A stretch of DNA of 55,963 nucleotides, the filler included, from Sphacelaria rigidula (lineage: Eukaryota), in assembly GCA_964200075.2 (NCBI GenBank). It is 3 parts of 3 records of this genome, joined end to end, with 100 filler letters (N's around TTAATTAATTAA, not from the genome) between each part and the next. Parts side by side here need not be neighbours in the genome. Positions count along the whole stretch, not along the records: positions 37,378 to 55,963 come from CAXNAA020000831.1; 2 more parts are not named here. The stretch is one strand, 5' to 3'. The stretch's first letter is position 1. Each line of letters starts with the position of its first letter. The notes beneath the pieces are model-generated. The model made no database searches. It was not told where the DNA came from and was given only the letters and a program-made list of their open reading frames with translations. Below, in pieces: positions 47,301 through 55,963 of this stretch. A program made the translations under genes and the position numbers.

Positions 47301-50300
47301 CCTGCTTCAAGCAAAAGTGATGGCCGAGCATCGCAGTCACATATTTCGTCTGCTGGTGACAGTGGGAAACAACTGAAATGAGGTCATGCATGTGATCGTT
47401 TGGATACGGTCATCCCTGCAAACACACGGGCTCTCGCCATGGCATCGAGTTTCAGGTGAGTCCAGACATTGCGAAAAGAAGTGAAAGAGAACCGAGAACC
47501 GTAAACCGAAAATGTCTTCACACAGATATACTACTGTGCCCTTTTCTTACATAGCGCTGGTGTCGGGTTTGTACCGTACACCCAGCAGGAGGAGTACGCC
47601 AAATTCACGGCGAAACGTTACGCCACGTGTCAAGTCAACATTGGGGTGATCCATCGCACCGCACATTTTTCACACCTGACTGGTATCGGCACGACACATA
47701 TTTCGCTGCATGTGAAATGTGAAGCATGAGCAATACACAATCGTCCACTTGCCTCATTTTCGTCATCGGGGTCCGCCGCCTCAATGTTGAACTTCACCTC
47801 TGCCTCGAGCGCCGACAGCAGGGGAGGCAGGACTACGGGCAAGAACATTGAAAAGTCATTCCCCAGGGCACGGCACAGGTTCGCGCATGCCGGCGCCACG
47901 TGGTCGAAGATGAACTGCGAGTGGGCGTCGAGCCCATCCTTACCAAGTCGCTCCTGAAACAAACCGACCGCACACAGAGTCGATTGCCGGAAAAAATGAT
48001 ATCGACCGAGTATGATGGAAAGCTACGAATCAACACAAGAGAAAATACCAAGACCAGACAAGCCGACAAACAAGAGGATCAAAATGAGCCAACGAAATAC
48101 GACTGTTCGATGAGACAACGGTATGTACAGAGTGCGAAGGGCACCTCAAGGCGCGCAGTAATCAATGAGCACCCCAAAAAGCAGACACCATTTTTCGTAA
48201 GTTCCCCCCACCCGCCTCAGCTAATTTTTCGGATAAACTTGGGTTCTGCGATGGTGGCAACGAAGGACGAAAAAAACGTCCCTGAGCACGCTGGCAGGAC
48301 GAGAGGTGCGGTGCTCACCGCGATGCCCATCATGGCCAAACTGTTGTTTTCCACATCGAATCGTAGCATTTTGAAGCTCATGCTCATCGAAGCGGAATAA
48401 CTTCCGAAATTGATGCACGGAAACGCGTGCCCTGATGTAAGCACGTGCCTCATCAAGGGTTTCCCTACTTCACAGGGAGCATATGATGCCACGTCGCACT
48501 AGCTCACCATCAGAGTGCTCATCATGGCCAAGCCGTCCGACCTGAAGCGCGTTCTTCCCACCGCCTCCCCGATCATTCCCGCGCACTGCATCGCCTGCCC
48601 CAGCAACAGGTCCTTCTGCGCGTACGATCAACAGGAGCAACACAAGCGCCAGCGATTAGTATCATAGCTTTAATTCGAGCTATCAGGGAAAGCTGTCACC
48701 TCAATGTAATACATGCTCCACAGCGCGCACTGCCATCTAGCGTATGTGGGGTGCTTTGTAGAGCTCATGTGTTCCACAATGAGCCGAGCATGCATGCGCC
48801 TCTTTTTTGCAAGGCTTGGGTGAAGCATTCATTGCTCCCTTGCACCCCACACCCTACGCGGTGCCCAATCTTATGTGTTCCTTGTACGCGAACTCGTGAA
48901 TAAATTTCATCTTCCATCTTGATGCTACTGATGAAGATATTGAAGTTTTGTTTCCACAGAGGTGTATGGACTTGTCCCACGTCTCATTTTTTCCCACATT
49001 ATTTGCCTTGCATGAATCTCTTCGCTATTTTAGAAAAGCTTTCAACGCATCCCTGTATCGCCGGCCAACTGTGGGACCCTCCTTCGTTGAGATTTTTTGC
49101 AATTTCCATATATCTGGAATGTGGGAAGGAATTCATCGTACAACGCTGCCTCGCGCGAGTGCGTCTCTTTTTTGAGGTGATGGAGACTAGATTCGAACTG
49201 ACGACACTTTGGCCCCGACGTGACGGTTGCACCAACGACATGACATGACTATTTCAACAAAGACGGACCTGCGGATCTGTGCCGGCCTGCGGAGCGGTAG
49301 TTGTGACGATCGCCCGAATACCCGGCATAAAGGCATCGTAGTACTTGCCGAATTTGCCCTCGGCCGTCTTGGCCACCGTGGACACGGCGGTCAGAGCACG
49401 GCACTGCCACACAAACGGCAACGAACACGGAGGCAAGGATACCGGAGTGAAGTTTGGAATTCGAATATTTTCATGGTGGTCCCTACAACTCCGAGCAACG
49501 TTCATTACCTCTATAAATCAAGTAGACACATCTCATGTTCGATGTGCCCTGAGATAAATGTGTACTCCGAGAGAAAGTGGGTATATTGTGAGAAAAGTGT
49601 GCTCATATAAACCATAGGCATCGACCTACAAGTTGCGGGCGCAATACTCACAGGCGAAAATAGATGGTTCGACAACGTAAATGAGGGCTTCAACATCCAC
49701 AGGATGGGCACTGCTTCAAGAGGTGAAACTGCCATAATCGCGCTATCACATAATTGGGAAAAAAAATCCCTGGAAAGCCGACGAGCCGATGTGCTCACCT
49801 GAACGGACTGCGGGACCGCCCCATTGAGGCACGTGCACAGCGCCGACAGCAACGCATCGAGGTGCGGTGTCACGGCTTCCTCCGGAACACCTTCGGTGTC
49901 GGTGAAGTTCACAAGGGCAGAGGCGGCGTGCCCACGCACCCGGACGGGCTGAGCGGCGTCTGACAGAAGACCGCACACCGTCGGCACAGCTCTCTCGTGG
50001 TAGGTGCCCTGTTTGTGTGCGGTGGCGATTAGTACAGGGGTGATTCAAGTGCTTGATGGTGATACACTTCGATTAAATTGCTGTCCACGCCGTCCGCCTC
50101 GAGAGGGGACTTGCTCTCATCGGCCATGCTTTCTGCAGCACCTTGACAGCTAGAACGGCGCACGACACTCACGGGTATCACAACTGTTCTCTCATAGGTC
50201 GCGGCAGATCCCTCATTGGGAAAAAACCACAACGCAATCTTGTTCCATAAGAACGAGAAGAAGCCCAAGGTGCTGGACTATGCGCTGGTACCTTACTCCA

Positions 50301-53300
50301 CGGTTACACGCAGCGCACTGCACCCAAGAGCGGAAACATGGTTAATACACAAATTCACACTGGACACTCCCGTATCAACTGGACACCTCCATATCAAGAG
50401 TCGAACCACACGTTGGGGCCGTGAGATACCGCTTGCACCATGTGGATCAGATGGTTATACTGCGACTTGAACCGGGATACCGACTACGCTGAACAACCCT
50501 GCTCACCTGGAATTCTTCAGGGTAAAGGTCACTCAGTCTACCCGTAAGCTGCAACGCCTGGAAACGCACTCGGGGGCTTGGGTCCGCAAGGTGGGATAAG
50601 GCAGCCTCAGCCACAGATGCAAGATGGTCCTGCTCAGGGGGGGAAAGAACGGTTATTCAAATCACCAATCGGTGACTGCGAAATCATGTTGTGCGCTGGT
50701 CACGCATGGTGCCGCGTCACGTCTGCCGTGGAAGTATGGGAGCAACATGCGGAAATTCATGGGTGGCGGTGGACGGACACGTTTTCCTTTTCACAATCAA
50801 TGGGCCTGCCGAATTTACTTCCGAAACAGATCTTGAGTGACAAAAAGAATATATTGCAGAATTTCTCGTCATATCCAAGACTGTATCGCAACCATTAGTG
50901 CGCTGTACAGGCGGTTGAGTCTAGGGGGGATGGACTCCTTGTACCAATGTGAAGGGTGCTCGTATGGCGCTCGTATGGCGGGGTATCGTATCCCACTCAC
51001 GGATGCAATCGCTGTGAATTCACACAAGCTCACACAAGCTCACACAAGCTGCAAAAATGGAGAAAAAAGTCGGTGTCAACAGGCAGAAACGGAGACAAGA
51101 GCCGTGTGGGACGAATCTACTCACAGACGTTGTACCGTTCGCCTCGTCTAGGAACTCAATCTACAGCGGGGTGACTGCGGTGCACCACTGCACACGGAGA
51201 AAATACTTTCACACATTGCGTCTAGACATTACATCTCCTGGAATCATGATGACGTAAAATGTATCAGGGAATATGAACATTTCACCGGTCATCGACCTGT
51301 TTAGCAGATGCCCTTCTTCGCACGGACTATACTTCATGTCTACACCACAACAGACATGTAACGATATTTCCTCGGTTACACATGTAGATCGTAGATAATG
51401 ATGTTACTGCATTGGTTTGTTCTTGCCGTCACACTCACCTTCAACGCCTTAGTAGCACTATCCACCAGGGCGCTCAGGGCACACACTCCTGCTCGCCGCT
51501 TCCTCCAGTCAGCTGATTCAAGGTACTGCGACAATGACAAGCGAAATTCCGACAAAAGGTTCCAAGACAGACGCACATACGCACAGGGCTGAGGCACAGG
51601 GCTGAGCACTGACCATCACCAATACCAAGGGGGCGTTCACAGTTAGCAGATTGAATGAATTCGTCAGCTCTGGAGAAGGCGAGTAAAGCGCGCGTCCCGA
51701 TGAAAGCATCATCTCGAGCCAACAAGCCTGGTCATCTGTCAAACAGGACTCGAGGTCATGCTCGTCAAACACCACGTTTTGCAAAGACCAATGAATGCAT
51801 CCCAACAAGAAACAAAGAAAATGACAATCGCTACGAGCACAGCGTGGGGCAAGCCGGCAGTGTGAAATAACCTCCGATTACTGCTCACTGCTCGCAACAA
51901 TCGGTGCTGGATGGTGGCGAAACAGCCCTCTGTATTGACGGTTGACAGCGCGCACCGTTTACATCACGTCCTCAAGCCACTCATGTGCCAAGGTTTGGTA
52001 TCATCTCTTGCATGCGACAGAATAGGGGGGGCTGGTTTCGTTGGACAACTCTCCACCTTCACAGCCAAACTTATCGGGAATATTTCATGCAAACGCCAAG
52101 CATTCGTGCATGAATTTCAGTTGAAAGGAATTTTATTGGGTATGAGAAAGCTTGAACGAGGCGGTGGGGGTACAAAAAATGCACCACACCATGCCCTCGA
52201 AGAATACATGGTACCGCCAGCCGGTGTGCAGTCGAGTGCAGCACGCTTTGCTTACCGCAGGAACAAGTTGCAGAGCCGTCGGCATGGTGGTCTTGGCGTG
52301 TAGGGCGGCAACAAGGCGGCACATCGCTTCCACGCCATACGCTCCCTCTTCGTCGTGGTCCACATCGTCATCGTACGGTCCGGCCACCCACTCCTTTTCA
52401 TCCTCATCCAGCTGCAACGGTCGCAAACAAGGGAAAGAGAAACAACCCACATAATATTTGTCCAACGTTCCAAGACCTTGTAGTGCACAGCTAGCAGCTA
52501 CATCCAGCTCTCTCCCTCTCTCTCTCTCTCACACACACACACACCGAGAACCCACACGAGCTATGCTTCACATTGGTGGTGTTCGATTTAATGTTCATGC
52601 TGAGAGTGAATCACGAGCTACTCATCAGCTGTCCGATCAAAAAATAAACAACTGAGCCGTATCATCAGCGCTGGATGATCGACTTCAGACATGAGTTTCA
52701 GCTCGACACAAGTGGTCATGTAGGTGCATCCTAGCACTCGCTGTAAATCCGACAAATGACCCCAGGATGCAAAGTAGCTGCCGTGTCTTCTATTGTACAG
52801 AATACCAAGACAAGTCACTCCAAGTTCAACTTCACAAAAGCTCACCTCGCATGCGAGGGAAAGGACAAGAGGCATCAAGCCCGGTGCCACCGTGGAGCAC
52901 TTGCGCATGATAGCCGGCGCTCGCTCTGAAAGAGTGAGAAGAACCTCTACCCCAGCAGCGCGAGTACAGAACTCCAGTTGCGATGCGGATCCCACGGTCA
53001 ACATTGCTTGCGTCAGCTGTGCCTGTAAGCACCACCCGGTGCAAGCGAGGGTAAGTGATGAAAAATACACTCTGCGTATTTCCAATCACAATCCAACACC
53101 AAACGATAAAAGGAGACAGCCAACTTGAGAGTGTAGGGAAGATAGGGGGCGGGAGGCGTTTACAACCCATGTACGACTATGTTTTCACTCTGACGTGGGC
53201 CACCGAAACTTGCAGGGCACGTACGCAGAGGGGCAGGAAGGACAGTCGGCGGTAGCAGCGACATGCAGTAGGAAACATACCGACCAGTAAGCCAATCGGT

Positions 53301-55613
53301 GCTGCCAGGACAGATCCATTATGATCAGCCCTTTGTAAACCATCATGCATCCGTTATGCACAACAGATGATACGAACTATAGCTTTGACACAGGTGGCAT
53401 CTAAACGGCTTGTAGTTGACGCCTTCCTTGTGTGTGGCATTCGTCACACACACTTCAGCGGCGGTATCTCACTGGTCTGATTGGCACAAGTGACATAAAT
53501 TACATCCGAAGAATGCGGCTTCGATCCCCAGCAGATACAATGCACTGCCTCCTTCACATTTCAATCCGTGGGGGGGATGCGAAGCGGAGAAGACGTTTAT
53601 GACGAGAGTCGCGCGGCGCCGGAGTGGTTATCTAGCGTCATCCAATGCGCGATCCCAAATTGGAGGCGTGTATCGGGGGAGAGATGTGTTGATTGGATCT
53701 CTCGAGACAACGGACTTGATGCGAGGGAGGGGACGGGTTGAATGCGTCACGAAAATATATATTACAGGCAGTAGACGTGATGCAAGGGCAATGATAGCGC
53801 TCCTCACCACGGTGTTTCGGAAAAACAAGGGCAGCACGTCCGCCAGCTGAGCGAGCGCTTCCAGCATTTCCTGCGCCCCCAGTTCCTCTCCCGCAGATAG
53901 TTGAGCGCTCAGCACCTTGAGGAGCCGAAAATTGCACAGATGACAGTGGTGACCTACATGACTCCCGTCACCTATTTTGCCTTGGGCACAGCACTATCGC
54001 ACATGGCACCGCGACCACGTATTAGCAGCAAGCGACAGCGCTTCTCCAGACATGCACCAGGTAATCGACTGCGTCACGATATGATCATTTACAACCCGCG
54101 CAAGTTTTATGGAAGGAATGTGAACTACTCTGTGTTTTATTTCCATGCAGTCATTCAAGAACAGAGGGTCAGTTACATATTATCGACTACTTTTGACGAA
54201 ATGTTGGAAGCCCCTCACCATCTTACGTGTGTGATCATACTAGGAATGAATTCGTATGAAGAGCATTCGGGCGCATGTGGTGCGGGACGAGGAAAAATCT
54301 AGAACTCAATTATTTTAACGTCCACAGTACCAAGTGACAGGGCATTGCAAGCATATAAAGGTTGAAGGTCATGTCGGGAAAAGCATGACCGACTTACGGT
54401 GACCCCGAGTATTACCGCACGTAGTTGATCTCGTCCTGAATGAGCCGTGTAGTATACCTCGAGCGAAACAATGTGATTGCGCTGAATAAGGGTTATGTCA
54501 ACCCGCGGCAGCGGTTGTAGCTCTCATCATGTACAACAGCAGCGGTTCAACCGGAGACATACACGAACATTGGCGGTTCGAATCGCGAGAAAAACTACGC
54601 GGTATCGTTCACGGTGTTGGTCAAAGTACACGTCCCTGATTCACAGACTCACAAACAAGGTTGGGACGGTGAAACGTACTACAGACGGTTGCACGCACAA
54701 AAAACCGCGACTACTGTACCCTGCACCACTCTGACCTGAAGCATCTGAGGGAGGAGGGACTGGAACTGAGCTTGCTCCTGTTCGTCCGTGAGGTTCTGCA
54801 GCAAGGCGGCCGAGGCCGTGAAGGCAGCCGATGCCACTTTCAGCTGCGACGGGTTGGAGAGAGCTGCCGCGCATACCTGCTTGTTCCAACAATCAAAAGT
54901 TCAACACGCTCGTGAATAGCTTCATCGCCAAGCTTGCTCTCATCAGATTTCAAGAACGTGAATTCAAAAATCTTCCAACACGTTGGCGTCGAAATAACAA
55001 GGGATCATTTTGAAACGAATGCCGATAGTGCGTGGTATATTCCACCCCAAATACCAAATATCGTCATAAATGAAAATCGAAACTGCCGAGCGCTTAGCAA
55101 TCTTAGCGCCTGGGATTCGTTGCAGTGTTCTAATCGCGTTACATCATGATATCCGGTTAAAAGTAGAGGACCTGCAGAAGTGAGGCGGCCTGCTGAGAAA
55201 TCATCTCTGGCGAAGTTCCCGACATGGTCTCGAGAAGGTAGAACGCCATCACCTTCTTCGTCACTTCTGGCGACTGCGACAACATCAGCAGGAGCCGGGA
55301 AGTGGGGAAGCAGGGGGGGGGGGAAAGCGTAGATTGATCACCAGATTCTCTTCTTTTGATAACCCAAAGCCTTCATGTACCGATCCCTCCGAGAAGCTGT
55401 CAACCCAGCTTCATTTTCCCAACATCAGGCGTGATTTCAAACCCGAATCGTCCTTGCTTAGCCTGACTGTCGTACATGTTCATGAGCCTTTTTTTCACCA
55501 CGAAAAAGCGAAGGCCGAGCGTTGCATACCTGTGCCGCGTGGACCACAACGGGCAGGAGCTCCGGCCACGGTCCCGCAGTCGGCGCAGCTGCCGCCGCGA
55601 TGGCATGACAGAT
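41335..55613 (-). CDS. IPO5: Importin-5 / Kap121-like importin-beta (HEAT repeats); 5' exons lie beyond the window
   Basis: 24 phase-compatible exons, in transcript order: 55613-55530, 55273-55172, 54876-54736, 53915-53808, 53022-52846, 52411-52256, 51525-51439, 50629-50507, 50008-49799, 49403-49269, 48615-48508, 47953-47753, 46781-46663, 46514-46409, 46121-45984, 45627-45523, 45138-44980, 44628-44492, 44027-43922, 43540-43448, 42944-42765, 42538-42449, 41939-41817, 41427-41335. Motifs WPELL, DPSPRVR, HAASALVNF, FGKYYDAFMP, IGEAVG, CVFDDVVEH, TENAVAAIG, WLSNLPLKKDETEA. Confidence 0.92.
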
Positions 55614-55963
55614 CTGAAATTGACATACATACGGAAGAATAGATCATAGGTAAAACGTAGCACGAATGAGTCATTTCGATCTATCGGTTTTGAAAACTGA
55701 TTGGATAAGGGTGGTGCGGTTCCCCTCATGTGCGCAAATCTCCTGACCGCCAGCAATTGGGCATGTGGAGCGCAGGGGCAGTCGAGTAAAATATTGTCGT
55801 AAATTCAAATTTGGGCAATGGCCTAGAAAAGGTACGAAAGATGGCCAGAAACGCGAAAACAGCCATACACGCCATTTTGACCGTTTTCGCTCCGGAGTTT
55901 TCACGCACATCGTTCGGGGGGGCCATTGGCACCCGGGACCCGAAAAAAACGGATAAAAAACAT

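Overview
Eukaryotic, intron-rich genomic DNA. Short GT-AG exons, introns of 0.2-2.8 kb packed with transposon remnants, and the gene style suggest a stramenopile, most likely a brown alga (inference). Four spliced genes were reconstructed by eye: a protein disulfide isomerase (+, 12 exons, two WCGHC sites, C-terminal HEEL, signal-peptide exon not found), an AGC-family Ser/Thr kinase (+, DLG in place of DFG, 5' exons unresolved), a GNAT acetyltransferase (+, last two exons only) and an importin-5/Kap121-like importin-beta (-, 24 exons in the window, one probable GC-AG intron). Intergenic and intronic DNA holds a decayed LINE, four copies of a tRNA-headed SINE, several MITEs, mariner transposase relics and two 100-N scaffold gaps with an artificial TTAATTAATTAA linker. 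The least explained signal is a recurring class of long foldback elements. Two of them have an outer terminal inverted repeat enclosing two adjacent 250-350 bp hairpins (a T/Y-shaped fold). Two homologous copies of another hairpin show concerted changes on both arms. Most ORFs in the supplied track are spurious or are single exons.
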